Shown: one piece after another, positions 10,701-23,000 of the stretch
How positions within the stretch are numbered: the stretch's first letter is position 1
Layout of the letters: the number at the start of each line of letters is the position of its first letter
Origin: Azolla caroliniana
Lineage: Eukaryota; Plantae; Polypodiophyta
Assembly: GCA_043228905.1 (NCBI GenBank)
Contig: JBHGNT010000015.1
Coordinates: 5,890,001 to 5,954,000, forward strand
Direction: 5' to 3'
Length of the DNA: 64,000 nt
The notes under the pieces: model-generated
What the model saw: the letters and a program-made list of their open reading frames with translations, nothing else
Told to the model about the DNA's origin: nothing
Database searches by the model: none
Made by a program: the position numbers and the translations under genes

Positions 10701-13100
10701 CGGCCGAAGACGGTGAAGAAACAGAACCGGCCGAAGAAGATGAAAATGATACCGGAACCGGCCCCGATCCCGAAATGGATTCGGATGAAGAAGAAGAATC
10801 GGAAGAACCGGTTACCGAAGCTCCCGAACGGAGATATCCTCTAAGAGAGAGAAGGGCCCCCCGGAGATTTCCGGAACCAGAGCACGTGCTGCTAACCGAC
10901 GAGGGGGAGCCGGAGAGCTTTGAAGAAGCAAAGCACGACACCCAGAGCCGCAGGTGGTTAAGTGCCATGCAGGAGGAGATGGATTCCCTGCATGAGAACC
11001 ACACATATGAACTTGTGGAGTTGCCGAAAGGAAAGCGGGCACTTCGAAACAAGTGGGTGTTCAAGCTGAAACCGGGAGATGCCGGAAACCCCCAGAGATA
11101 CAAAGCCAGGATCGTGGTGAAGGGGTTCCAGCAGAAGAAGGGCGTCGACTTCGACGAGATATTTGCCCCGGTAGTGAAGATGACCTCTATCCGGACGGTG
11201 CTGAGCATAGCGGCAAGCATGGACCTCGAGGTAGAACAGATGGACGTGAAGACGGCATTCCTTCACGGTGACCTCGATGAAGAGATCTACATGCAGCAAC
11301 CGGAAGGATTCGAGAAGAAAGGGAAGGAGCACCTGGTATGCCGGTTGAAGAAGAGCCTTTACGGATTGAAGCAGGCTCCCCGGCAATGGTACCGGAAGTT
11401 CGACTCCTTCATGACCGACGAAGGATACCTCAAAACGCAGTCCGACCACTGCGTGTTTGTGAAGAAGTTCGAAGGAGGAGACTTTCTAATACTCCTCCTG
11501 TACGTGGACGACATGTTGATCGTCGGACGGGACGAGGTCAAGATACGGATGCTGAAGAAGGCTCTTCACCAAACCTTCTCAATGAAGGACCTGGGTCCGG
11601 CGAGGCAAATACTAGGGATGCACATCATCCGGGACCGGAAGAAGAAGCAGTTGTGGCTGTCACAGGAGAAGTACGTGACGAAGGTGCTTCACCGGTTCAA
11701 CATGTCGGAAGCAAGACCGGTCGGGTCAACCCTCCCAGCAAACTGCAAGTTGTCCAGCAAGCAGAGCCCCAAGACAAAGGCTGAGAAGGAGGATATGATG
11801 AAAGTGCCGTATGCCTCAGCCGTCGGGAGCTTGATGTACGCCATGGTGTGTACGAGACCGGACATAGGATATGCAGTCGGAGTGGTGAGCCGGTACATGA
11901 GCAATCCTGGCAAAGAGCATTGGAACGCGGTCAAGTGGACACTCCGATACCTGAAGGGCACGGCAAACGTGTGCCTTCGATTCGGCTCCGGTAAGCCCCA
12001 ACTCGACGGCTTCACCGATTCGGATATGTCGGCTGATGCAGATACTAGCCGGTCCACATCAGGGTATGTGATGACCTATGCAGGGGGAGCCGTTTCGTGG
12101 CAGTCGAGGCTGCAGAAGACGGTTGCGTTGTCAACCACGGAGGCGGAGTACATGGCAGCTGTTGAAGCCGGCAAGGAAATAATATGGATGAAGGACTTCA
12201 TTAGAGAGCTCGGTATCCAACAGGAGGAGTACCGACTCTACTGCGACAGTCAGAGTGCCATCCACCTTGCGAAGAACGCGGCCTACCATTCCCGGACGAA
12301 ACACATCCAGCGGAGATACCACTGGATCCGGGAGAGGATAGAAGACGAGGAGTTCGTGCTGACGAAGATCCACACTGACGAGAACGGGTCGGATATGCTG
12401 ACCAAGGTGCTCACACCCGACAAGCTGGAAGCATGCCGGAAGAGGATCGGATTGGAGAGACATCCCATGCCGAAGTGAAGGGGGAGTTTGTTGGGATTAC
12501 GGTCCCTCCGGATGGGATGTCCGGAGATGAATGACGGCAAGCCCGGTTGCGGTTACGGAGCCGGATGAAGAGTACCCGGCATGAAGCCGGATGAAGAGTA
12601 CCCGGCATGAAGCCGGATGAAGAGTACCCGGATACGGATCCGGATGATGAAGACCCCGGCTACGGAGCCGGATGACGAATGTACCCGGAGAGAGATCCGG
12701 ATGCAGGGCTATATTTGTAAATATCCCGAAAGTCATATATGTATAAATATGACTTAGGGCAAACAGTTTTATGTGGTTGTTGCTTAATTTTCATGCGAAG
12801 TGAGAGCAGCCGAGAGAGAGAGAGAGAGAGAGACGAAGAGGTCGTTGCCTCTGTGTATTGCCGCCGCCTGTGGCGAAGACAGTGAGCTCAAGGTTGTTGC
12901 CTTGTAGCTTCACCAGTGTACATCCCTGTTCATAGTGATAGTTGGAGTTTGAGGACTCCCGTGGTTTTTCCCATTTAGGGTTTTCTACGTAAAACATCCA
13001 GTGTACCTTTCTCTCTATTGTTTTTCGTGCATTGTTGTATTTCCCGTTTTCTGTGAATCGATCCTGTTCCTCGGTTGTGGCCGAGCACGGAATTTCAATA
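7785..13100 (+). mobile_element. Young full-length Ty1/copia retrotransposon F
   Basis: LTRs 7785-8370 and 12489-13100 differ by about 3 substitutions and one 26-bp repeat unit. TSD TTAAG (7780-7784, 13101-13105). PBS TGGTATCAGAGC 8374-8385; PPT GAAGGGGGAG before 12489. Confidence 0.97.
8402..12478 (+). CDS. Intact copia gag-pol polyprotein (1358 aa)
   Basis: CFHCGKPGHFRKNC knuckle, WVVDSGAS protease, HTDV/DNGGEY/NGLAER integrase, YVDDML reverse transcriptase, DSD...TTEAEY...CDSQSA RNase H, in copia order. Confidence 0.97.
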   Translation: MEGGGSGQPGMMVLNAQNYADWKIKMEDLLIVRDLYEPIDRSEIPKGVLELEWKLLNRKAVATIRQYVDVSVLQHVANDTNAYEMWKKLSGLYERKNALNRTSLMRKIVNLKYRDGESMVEHVSTFMGFVNQLAAIKFPLEDAMQAIILMCTLPDSWENLVVTLSTSCTEDNLSLQTVKTSILNEEARRRDKEPASDSKALLTESERGRHWNRSPQRREKSGTRSQSRGRPICFHCGKPGHFRKNCRHYRKDNGADDTDSKKSPERNGAYRGATDRRGPDRRGQDRKGTTALTASEEEIMLITEERELNLAGVEMTWVVDSGASFHLTPEKKYFSSYTAGEHGFVRMGNEGTCRIAGIGDVWLMTSTGCKMLLKDVQHVPEVRLNLISAGRLDDEGYTGSIRNGVMKFSKGSLIVARARKVNTLYLMNARLCPEELNVAADTAGELWHKRLCHMSEKGMKRLAEDNLIPVKHVHLEKCTDCLAGKQNRTSFHSRPPTRRSAPLELVHTDVCQVETKSHGGAQYFVTFIDDHSRKLWTAPLKTKDQVLSVFRELHARVERESGKKLKAIRADNGGEYRGQFQEYCRSKGIRLEFTVPKTPELNGLAERMNRTIMERVRSMLAHAKLPKGFWAEAMSTATYVINRSPSVPLDGDTPQKVWTGKEVSYRHLKVFGCLTYVHVAKDRRGKLDPKTRPCIFLGYGDDEFGYRVWDPVDKKIFRSQDIIFMEDKTLADWESEKKMKSSKSTGEDKLYEEQSRPARDRLTLEDPAEDGEETEPAEEDENDTGTGPDPEMDSDEEEESEEPVTEAPERRYPLRERRAPRRFPEPEHVLLTDEGEPESFEEAKHDTQSRRWLSAMQEEMDSLHENHTYELVELPKGKRALRNKWVFKLKPGDAGNPQRYKARIVVKGFQQKKGVDFDEIFAPVVKMTSIRTVLSIAASMDLEVEQMDVKTAFLHGDLDEEIYMQQPEGFEKKGKEHLVCRLKKSLYGLKQAPRQWYRKFDSFMTDEGYLKTQSDHCVFVKKFEGGDFLILLLYVDDMLIVGRDEVKIRMLKKALHQTFSMKDLGPARQILGMHIIRDRKKKQLWLSQEKYVTKVLHRFNMSEARPVGSTLPANCKLSSKQSPKTKAEKEDMMKVPYASAVGSLMYAMVCTRPDIGYAVGVVSRYMSNPGKEHWNAVKWTLRYLKGTANVCLRFGSGKPQLDGFTDSDMSADADTSRSTSGYVMTYAGGAVSWQSRLQKTVALSTTEAEYMAAVEAGKEIIWMKDFIRELGIQQEEYRLYCDSQSAIHLAKNAAYHSRTKHIQRRYHWIRERIEDEEFVLTKIHTDENGSDMLTKVLTPDKLEACRKRIGLERHPMPK

Positions 13101-13470
13101 TTAAGGAATCTTTAGGAATCTTAAAAAATGTAAAGAATATTACTAACATGACGATTTTCTTTCCCTTGTTCATGATTCGTGTCGGAGGTAGTGCTGTCGA
13201 CGATGTGCTTCTGAGTGCTCGAAAATTGGCCTGTGCTCTGAGCTCGATGGATTCTTTCACGTGATAATGAAAATGAAATTTCTAACCTCCTTATATAGAA
13301 GACTTTAGCATTCCTTTTAAAATAAAAAATAATTTTTAATTATTTGTTTTTTAGGAAAATGTTGGAAAATAATATAGTTAATCTAAGTGTTCGGGTAGTT
13401 ATATAGTTAGGCTTTAGCATTCCTTAATTTTCTCAAAACAAGGTTTTAGAATACAGTTAGACTCCCTCAA

Positions 13471-15601
13471 ATGTCTTCTTCTACAAGTAGAACATCTCTT
13501 TTTTCTATTGCCCCCTTTTCATTGTCAGACAACTCGTATTTCTCAATAGAAGAGTACGACCACAAAAAACATTCGCGGCTTAAACAGAAAAGTGTGGCTC
13601 CTAGTACTTCAAATTCTCTGTTTTCAATTGATCCTGTTGATGGCCCTCTTCATGCAAGCTTACAAGCGGACGATTCTTCGTCGATAGATACCAATAGCAT
13701 TACTAAACCTCTAGCATTTAAAAGAGTTCCTCGACAAGTTAGTGAAAAGAGATTTAATTTCTTATGTTCTGATCGTCAACTTCTATGCGACTTGAACAAA
13801 TCGTGTTGTGCTAATCTCAGTATATCAACTTATGGAAAGTCAAGGTTACGTGAAACACGACAAAAATACTTGTCGCTTAATGGGGAAGAGCAAGATACAT
13901 TTCTTCTTTCGCATATGCAACTTAAATTGGATCACAAAGCAGGGCCTAATTCAACGCAAGTTGAATATTTCCTTGGACTAAATACCAAGTGTTGTCGAGC
14001 AGCTTTTAAAATCACTCATAGCATTGGAAATATGCGGTTGCAACGAGTTCAAGAGCAACTTCTAAAGGGCTCCTGGGTACAGTTCGATCAAAATGGTTCT
14101 GGATGTAAGGGTCAAATTGGGCAACAGGCAATTAGGTGGATGGAGGTATATTTTTCAAAACAGTGCGAAGTTATGCCAACAACAGGAAGACTTCATTTGT
14201 CAGATAACTTTACTCGAAGGGAAGTTTACCAATCGTACAAGGACGACATGTCTTCCGATGTTGAGCCTTACATACAGTACAGGCATTTTAATCGACTATG
14301 GAGGTTACAATTTAATAACGTGGTTATCCCACGAAAGGTGCGAATGGGATAACCACATAGATCAAATGTTCAGTAGGTTCTCAAAGAAACTTGCTCGCTG
14401 TAATGCTTTCACACTTCCCACGCTATCCAAATTTATTAGTGAAGCATATACACCAAAGCCTGAAGTACAACACTTGGAAGAAGTATACGACTTTAAACGT
14501 TTCTGCATGGATAGTGACGGGACTAAAGGTAGGGTGCTTGCACCTCTTAATAATATAAGTTTCAACCATGTCTTCCTCATAAAACAAAGATCGGCCCACC
14601 TCAAGATGACGGTGTTGTTTGCGAAACAATACTCATCTAGTGCACAATGGGAGCCCCAAGAAGGTTGTAGGCTCCTTCTTCATATCCCAGATGAACCTCT
14701 ACATGGTGCACAACAAATGCCATATGATGATCGTAAAAATGTAGCACCAAATAGTACTATTGATGAACAAAAGGCATATTGGTTGAGATGTCTAGCAAAG
14801 AAACAAAACAATATTGATCGGACTAAGAAGTATGCCGGTGATGAGGATGTTGAATCGTGGGAGATTTTCTTCACCCATCAACGCACCATTTTAGATAATT
14901 ACATCGCCAGTTTATGGCCAATCCGTATCCCATTCACATGGAACATTGGGATGACATCAACGATATCGCAGACTCATCACCAACAATCGAATAATATGGA
15001 GCTTCATGATTTAGTTCGGCCACTGCAAAGAGATATTTATGTGGGACCAAGAAAGTCACGTACTGTTGAGGCAAGATGGCAAGGTAATTTGCAAGAACTA
15101 CAAGTGGGAATGTTGGTTGCAACATTAGCAGGGGACGATACCTTGGGCCATCCATTTTGGATTGCAAAAATTATTGAATTAGTAAGGGATGAAGAAAGTA
15201 GTCAGACAAAGTCAATAGTAGTCCACTGGTATCAGACAAATTCACCTGATGCATTTACAGGAAAGTATTCTTTAGAGATAGTTAAGGATGTCGGATGTTC
15301 AAGCAGAAAGAGAAGAAGAAAGAATATACTGAGCACGGCTACTCTCGCACTAGACCGTGTTGACATACTAGTATATGACTTCTCATTGACAAAATCAGGT
15401 CATCTAAGACAAGCAACTATCAAGATAATAAAGGAGAAAATCCCAAACATGGTGTCAAACGAAATACAGAGAATAACTAGAAGCAATTCTCATAACCACA
15501 AAGATGTTGGGTTGGAATTGGATGAGGATAATGCTTTGATTGCCACTGATGATGAGGACGAGACGTCAGAATGCTCTTCTAGTCCATCAGACATGTCTTA
15601 A
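13471..15601 (+). pseudogene. Transposase-like gene of the TIR element, internally deleted
   Basis: N-terminal ORF with a Cys-rich region (KSCC...KCCRAAFKITHSIG...MPTTGRLHL...FNRLWRLQFNNVVIPRKVRMG) joins out of frame at about 14348 to NHIDQMFSRFSKKL, which resembles the GHTHxxIDQxFS motif of DUF7869/Sola-like DDE transposases. C-terminal SH3-fold-like segment PFWIAKIIE...IVVHWY. Confidence 0.72.
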
Positions 15602-15896
15602 CATATTGGTTTGGTTCAAGCTGGGGATTGTTTTACTACATGATCGGAAACTTTGTAAATTTGTTTTGGATGTAAACTCACGAATATGTATAATTGTAAC
15701 TGGTAGACATGTTGTACATTATTTTGTAATTTTGGTGATGTATTTTTGGAGGCATTTTACTTATGCCTCAAAGTGGTAGTCATGTTGAAATTCAATATAT
15801 TTTGCCACCTTTTCTGAAAAGCTTTACACATGCGTCGTGTCTTTTTGAAAACTGTGTGCTTTTGTGCCCTTTTTCGACGTAGTGTTCTCATAATGT

Positions 15897-15928
15897 GACA
15901 TATTACCTGTTTCAAATGACCCGGTGTT
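15897..15928 (-). repeat. Right terminal inverted repeat (32 bp)
   Basis: GACATATTACCTGTTTCAAATGACCCGGTGTT followed by TSD TACT. Confidence 0.95.
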
Positions 15929-17001
15929 TACTGAGGAAATCTTACAGTAGCCCGAGCACAGAAGGAAGGCACATTGTATATGATGCAAGATCGATTGTGC
16001 AAGTTGGAAGTGAACGTGGCAGCCGACTCGGCAGGACAGATATGGCATAAGAGGCTAGGCCACATGAGTGAGAAGGGACTGCATATGTTAGCCGACCAGA
16101 AGCTTCTACTAGAAGTAAAGGGAATGCACTTGGAGAAGTGTGTCAACTACTTAGTCAGAAAGCATAACAGAGTAGCATTCCACACATGGCCACCAAGAAG
16201 AAGAGAAGTTGCATTGGAACTGGTACACACGGATGTGTGTTATGTAGATGCTCCATCACATCAAGGCAGACAGTACTTTGTGACTTTCATCGACGACTAT
16301 AGTTGGAAGTTGTGGGCTTCCGTACTAAAGTCAAAAGATCAAGTACTAACGTTCTCTAGGGAGTTCTAGGCAAGAGCCGAACGGGAGTTGGGTTGGAAGT
16401 TGAAGGTTGTCTGAATCGACAACGGTGGCGAATATAAAGGCCGGTTCGAGGAATACTTCAAGGCCCAAGGTATTAGAATCGAATACACGATACCAAAGAC
16501 CCTTGAGTTGAACGGGCTTGCAGAGAGGATGAACCTGACAATCACGGAGAGAGTAAGGAGCATGTTGTCGCATGCTAAACTACCGAAAATATAATGGGCT
16601 GAGGCGATGTACACAACTTCTTATCTGATCAACAGGTCCCCCTCAGGATCATCGAAAGGTAATGTCCCACAAAGGTAATGTCCCCCTAATGGTGTTCGGA
16701 TGCCTAGTGCATATGCATGTGGCTAAGGATCAGAGGTCGAAATTTTATAGTGTTGGGAAATTGGTCCCTCTGGATGGGATCCGGTGATGAATAAAGAGAA
16801 CCTGATGAGAACGGGAAGAAATCCGGAAACCGGAGGAGACCCAGTGAGAACAAGAAGAGAAAACATATATGTAAATATGTTTTCTAAGTAACCATATTGA
16901 GGCTATATTTGTAAATAACCCTAACCTCATATAAGTATAAATATGACTTAGGGCAATCACTAGTTGTGTTGTTGTCATATTGTTGTAACTGTTGTACAGT
17001 A

Positions 17002-17040
<39 letters not shown>

Positions 17041-20000
17041 CAGAGCGATACTCTGTTGTAACCGCCGGTTGGCGAAGATACAGAGCTCGAGGTCGTTGCT
17101 TCTGAGTTTCTATTTGTACATTTTCCTACATAGTGATAGTTGGAGTTTGTGGGCTCCCGTGGTTTTTCCCATTTAGGGTTTTCCATGTAAACATCCTGTA
17201 TACTCTCTTCTGTGTGTACTTCTATTCCCATTCATATGTTGCACTCTCATTGAAGTGATTCAAGACTCGGATGTGGCCGAGCAGTATTCCACTATTTCCT
17301 CACAATCTGGTATTAGAGCGAACAACAAAAGAAATGGAAGAATCTGTCGGCGGCATGTTCAAGCTCACCGGCTCCAACTACTCATTGTGGAAGTCGATGA
17401 TGAGGGATATGTTGGTGGTTAAAGATCTTCGGTTGCCAGTTTAGTTCGGGACAAGAGACCTGATAAGATCGACGCCACAGTGTAGGAGGTGATGCACATG
17501 AAGACAATGGCATAGATCCGGTGTTTCATCGACATGAGCCTGTACAAAAACTTAAATGAAGAGAGCAAGGCCCATGATCTCTGGGAGAAGATCGGCATCA
17601 TGTTCCAGAACAAGAATGTTGTCAATCAGGTTTCGGTATTCCGGAAGCTAGTGAGGCTCCAGTACCAAGATGGCTCTAGTATGGCGGAGCACATGAATGC
17701 CTTCCATGGGCTAATACACCAGGCAACCTCGTTGGAAGTACCTCTTGCCGATGAGGTACTCGCCTTGCTCCTGCTCCGTTCTCTCTTGGATAGCTGGGAG
17801 ACATTAGTTGTCACGTTGGGCAATGCTAGGCCGGAAGGAAAACAGTTGTCCCTAGCAAGGGTAAAATCAAGCTTGCTAGATAAAGAAGCTCGCCGGAAGG
17901 ACCAGGAGTCCGGAACCGATCCGAAGGCCTTCCTCACGGAAGATGACCACAACCGGGGAAGAGACCGGTATCAAAGTCCCCAAAACCGGGACAAATTGGG
18001 GATGAGGTCGAAGTCAAGGGGGAGGCCTACTTGCTTCTATTGTGGGAAGCCGGGGCACTTCTAGAAGAACTGTCGCCATTTCCGGAAAGATAAAGAAACC
18101 GGCACTACCGATTCGAAGAAGAGTTCGAACCCAAACAGTTTGGACCAAAGAGGCCTGCATCGGAAAGGAACGTCGGCAATTGCGGCAAGTGAAGAGGAAC
18201 TAATGCTCATTACCGAGGAGAATGAGTTAAACCTTGTCGGGGACGAGACAACATGGGTTGTCAACTCCGGAGCGTCGTTCCACCTGACACCGGATCGGAA
18301 ATGCTTCTCATCCTACACAGCCGGAGATCATGGTTCTGTCCTGATGGGGAATGAAGGAACATGCCGAATTCTCGGCATAGGAGATGTGTTGTTGATGACA
18401 CCAACCAGATGCAAGTTGTTGTTGAAGGATGTCCAACACATTTGTGAGGTTCGATTGAACTTGATATCAGCCGGTCGGCTAGGTGATGAAGGCTACACGG
18501 GTAGCATCCAGAACAGAGTCATGAAGTTATGCAAAGGGAGCCTAATAGTGGCTCGAGCCCGGAAGTTCAATGCACTGTATCTGATGCATGCCCAGATATG
18601 CCAGGAAGAAGTGAACGTAGCATCCGACATTGCCGATGAGTTGTGGCACAAGAGGTTGTGTCACATGAGTGAGAAGGAGATGAAGAGACTTGCTGATGAC
18701 AATCTCATTCCGGTGAAGAACGTGCATCTTGAGAAGTGTATTGATTGCTTACCCGGCAAGCAAAAGCGAACCTCCTTCCGGTCAAGACCACTGATGCGAC
18801 GGAATGCGCCATTGGAGCTAGTGCATACCGATGTGTGTCAAGTGGACATGAAGTTACATGTCGGATCGCAGTACTTCGTAATGTTCATAGACGACCACAA
18901 CCGGAAGTTGTGGGTCTCACCGTTGAAGACAAAGGATCAGCTGCTTTCCGTCTTCAAGGAGCTCCACGCGAGAGTGGAAAGAGAAACTAGCCGGAATCTA
19001 AAGGTGGTTCGAGCAGATAACGGAGGAGAATATTGGGGACAGTTCGAGGAGTACTTCCAGTCGAAGGGAATCCGGTTCGAATTCACCTTGCCGAAGACGC
19101 TGGAACTAAACGGGCTGGCCGAAAGGAAGAACCGGACCATAATGGAGAGAGTTCGGAGCATGCTCACACATGCCAAGCTACCCAAGACTTTTTGGGCTGA
19201 GGCGTTGACAACGGCAACCTATGTGATAAAGAGATCACCCTCAGCACCCTTGGAAGGAGACTCACCTCAGAAAGTATGGACCGGTAAAGATGTATCTTAC
19301 CGGTATCTAAAGGTGTTTGGGTGTCTCGCATACGTGCATGTGGCGAAGGACAAGAGAGAAAAGCTGGATTCGAAGTCCTGGCCATGCATATTCCTTGGAT
19401 ACGGCAATGATGAGTTCGGTTACCGAGTGTGGGATCTGGTCGATAAGAAGGTGTTCCGGAGTCGGGACATAGTCTTCATGGAAGACAAGACCATTGCCGA
19501 CTAGGAGTCGGAGAAGAAGGTGATGAACTCTAGATCATCCAATGAAAACCGGCTTGAGTACACAAGGATATACCTGGTTGAAAACCGGATGTTAGCCAAT
19601 AACCGTATGACACTCGACGAACCGGCTGGATACGGACAAGAAATCGAACCGACCGAAGAAGAAGAAGAAGACACCAGAACCGGACAAGATCCCGAATCGG
19701 ATTCGGATGAGGAACAAAAGGAGGAACCAGCAATCAAAAACCAAGGATGACAATATCCTCTCAGAGAGACAAGAGTCCCCCGGAGATTTTCGGATATAGA
19801 GCACGTGTTGCTAACCGATGAGGGGGAGCCGGAAAGCTTCGAAGAAGCAAAGAGAGACACCCACAACCGCAAGTGGTTGAGTGCCATCCAGGACGAGATG
19901 GATTCCCTGCATGAGAACCACACATATGAACTAACGGAGTTGCCAAAAGGGAAGAGAGCACTCCAGAACAAGTGGGTGTACAAGCTGAAACCGGGAGATG

Positions 20001-23000
20001 TCAGAAATCCACCAATGTATAAGGCCCAAATCATGGTGAAGGGCTTCCAGCAAAAGAAAGGAGTGGACTTCGATGAGATCTTTGCCCTGGTAGTAAATAT
20101 GGCATCCATCCGGACGGTATTGGGCATAGCGGCAAGAATGGACCTCGAGGTAGAGCAACTAGACGTGAAGACGGCATTCCTCCATGGTGACCTCGAAGAG
20201 GAGATCTACATGCATCAACCAGAAGGATTTGAGAAGAATGGGAAGGAGCTCCTGGTGTGCCGGCTAAAGAAGAGCTTATACGGACTGAAATAAGCTCCCT
20301 AGCAATGGTACCGGAAGTTCGACTCCTTTATGACTGACAGAGGGTACCACAAGACACAGGCCGATCACTACGTGTTTGTGAAGAAATTTTACGGAGGAGA
20401 CTTCCTGATACTCCTCCTATATGTGGATGATATGTTGATCATCGGACGAGACCAAGGCAAGATTCGGATGTTGAAGAAGGCTCTGAACCAAACCTTCTCA
20501 ATGAAAGACTTGGGGCCGGCAAGACAGATATTGGGAATGCACATCATCCGGGACCAGTCGAAGAAGCTGTTGTGGTTGTCACAAAGAAGTACGTGGCAAA
20601 GGTGCTTCAACAGTTCAACATGTCGAAGGCGAAACCGGTCATATCAACACTTCCGAAAAACTGCAAGCTATCTGGAAAACAAAGTCCAAGGACAAAGGCG
20701 GAGAACATGGATATGATGATGATACCATATGCCTCTGCCATCGGAAGCTTGATGTATGCGATGGTATGTACCCAGCCGGATATTGGATATGAAGTAAGAG
20801 TGATAAGCCGGTTGATGAGCAATCCCTGAAGAGAGCACTGGAACGCAATCAAGTGGATACTCGGGTATTTGAAAGGCACCACAAGTATGTTCCTCTGGTT
20901 CGACTCCGGTAAGCCCCAACTGGACGGATTTACAGATTCGGATATGTCGGTCGATGCGGATACCAGCTGGTCTACATCCGGATATGTCATGACTTATGCA
21001 GGGGGAGCTGTTTTGCGGCAGTTCAGGTTGTAGAAGACAGTTGCGTTGTCAACTACAGAGGTGGAGTACATGGTAGCTGTAGAAGCCGGCAAGGAGATAA
21101 TCTGGATGAAGGACTTCATCGGAGAGCTAGGAATCCAACAGGAGGAATACTAGCTCTACTATGACAGTCAAAGTGTCATCCACCTTGCAAAGAACACGGC
21201 CTACCATTCCTGGACGAAATGTTACCTGGACAAGTATGGATGCGTCGGAGTCGGAAGGATGTTCGGAGTCAGAGTCGGAGTCGGATCGACAGTTCGGATC
21301 GATGACTCAGCATATAGCCAAATAGGATATTGTGGCGGTCAGCATTTCACAATATAGTTACTTACGAAGTTTTGTAATTCTTGATCATTATAGGCAGTAG
21401 GATTTATTGATGAGAAAAGACCTTCGGGTTACCTATAAAAGGAACCGAAGGCATTGTAAAAGTCTATAGTTGTATTTAGTAATATAAAGTTTAGTTAGGA
21501 AACCTCTGTGTACGAATCACTCTTGCTATCTATTTCCTTTGGTCTAAGCTATATTACATAAATCACGATCTCGGTGTCTGTTATCACCAATAAGTTTACA
21601 ACTAATTCGTATCTATTCATCTAACCACAACTTCTTGATAGAACGTTCGGTACGAACGCTCGTCTTATACTGTGTCGGCAAAGTAGTAATTGCCGACCAA
21701 ACAACACAACTGTATAATTTTGGCACGCCTGGTTACATCTGCCTGCACAAAGCAGAGAACAAGGCGAATGGATGTCATCTGATCCGGATACACCAGTTGG
21801 TTGTAAACGTCCTCGTACGCGTACTGTTATGAAGGCGCTAGAGATAGAATCGGCTGAGGAATTACAGCCAGAAACAACTAGAAGGTGGTTTGTACGTCCG
21901 GATTTAACTGATCGCCAGTCTTCAGATGAAAATCAGCCAGAAGAGGTATCATTTTACGATATCTGGAGTGAGGACAATATGCCTTATCCATATTCTAAGT
22001 TCCGTGAGGGAGCTGATGCATGTGAGGGATTTCTTGACAACATGGGAGATTAACCATGGAGCTCAGAGACTGTCAGCGGCAGCCGAAGATAAGTTTAAGA
22101 TTGCTGAGTTCGTTTTGTCATTGGATGGTAATTCCGCTAATTGGTTTGCGCAAAATGGTCTCCGTGGGTTCGAAACATTCAAACAATTGACCAGCAAATT
22201 TCTGCAGTTATTTCATCGTCAAATACCTCAAAAGGATTTGATAGCGCAATTTTATGCGTTGTATCAGGAGCAGCATGGAACGGTGTTTTAATTCGTGATC
22301 CGTTTTCAGAATTTACAACTTCAAATTTCCAGGCCTATTCTGAACAATGAATTGAAGGATTTATTCCTTGAAGCAATTAGTGAACCATTATGAACAACAC
22401 TGAAGGTGTTCGATTTGAGGAATCAGAGTATCGAGCAAGTGATTGATAAGGCAATCGTTATGGGCCGACCGCCGATAAATGTACGGAGTATGGATATGTC
22501 AACACTAAATCGTACACTACCAATGATGGAGGAGTTACAATTTCGACAAGCCGTTCAGTGTACTACTTGTTAAAATACTGGTCATTCGGCGATTGAATGT
22601 AGTCTACGAACACACTGGACAATATGTCATTCTAAACTTCATTCGGTCGAGCAATGTGAGTATAACTTGCTCAATAAGACGACGGCTCTTGTAAGACAAA
22701 TTTTTCCAGAAAACGGGTACCAAAATAACCAGAATCTATTCAATAATAGGTACCAATAGAATAGTTTTCCACAAAATCAACAAAATAATTTTCAACAAAA
22801 TCAAGCCTTTCAGCAAAATACTTTCCAATAGAATCCAACTTTTCAACAAAATAATTAGGCCTTTCAACAAAATAATTTTCAACACAATCAAGAATTCTCG
22901 ACAGCATAGAATATGAATCAGCAACAGCAAAATGGAGGACGGTTTAAGTAGAACCGGTATAAAAATAAAAAATTCTACAAGCCGAAAGCCTCACGACAAT

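Larger units (their letters stand above)
3483..15928. mobile_element. TIR DNA transposon (4-bp TSD; Sola/DUF7869-like) carrying a ParB-DNA methyltransferase cargo gene
   Basis: Perfect 32-bp TIRs AACACCGGGTCATTTGAAACAGGTAATATGTC (3483-3514 and reverse complement 15897-15928). TSD TACT at 3479-3482 and 15929-15932. Removing the element restores the host copia frame. Superfamily assignment is inference. Confidence 0.93.

Noticed and set aside
8285-12736. Numerous antisense and alternative-frame ORFs over copia F (and likewise over gypsy G)
   Set aside because: Shadow ORFs of GC-rich gag-pol sequence with no independent motifs.
14093-14348. N-terminal 85 aa of the 502-aa ORF as real coding sequence
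   Set aside because: It overlaps the 293-aa ORF in another frame; plausible homology starts only at the deletion junction (NHIDQMFS).
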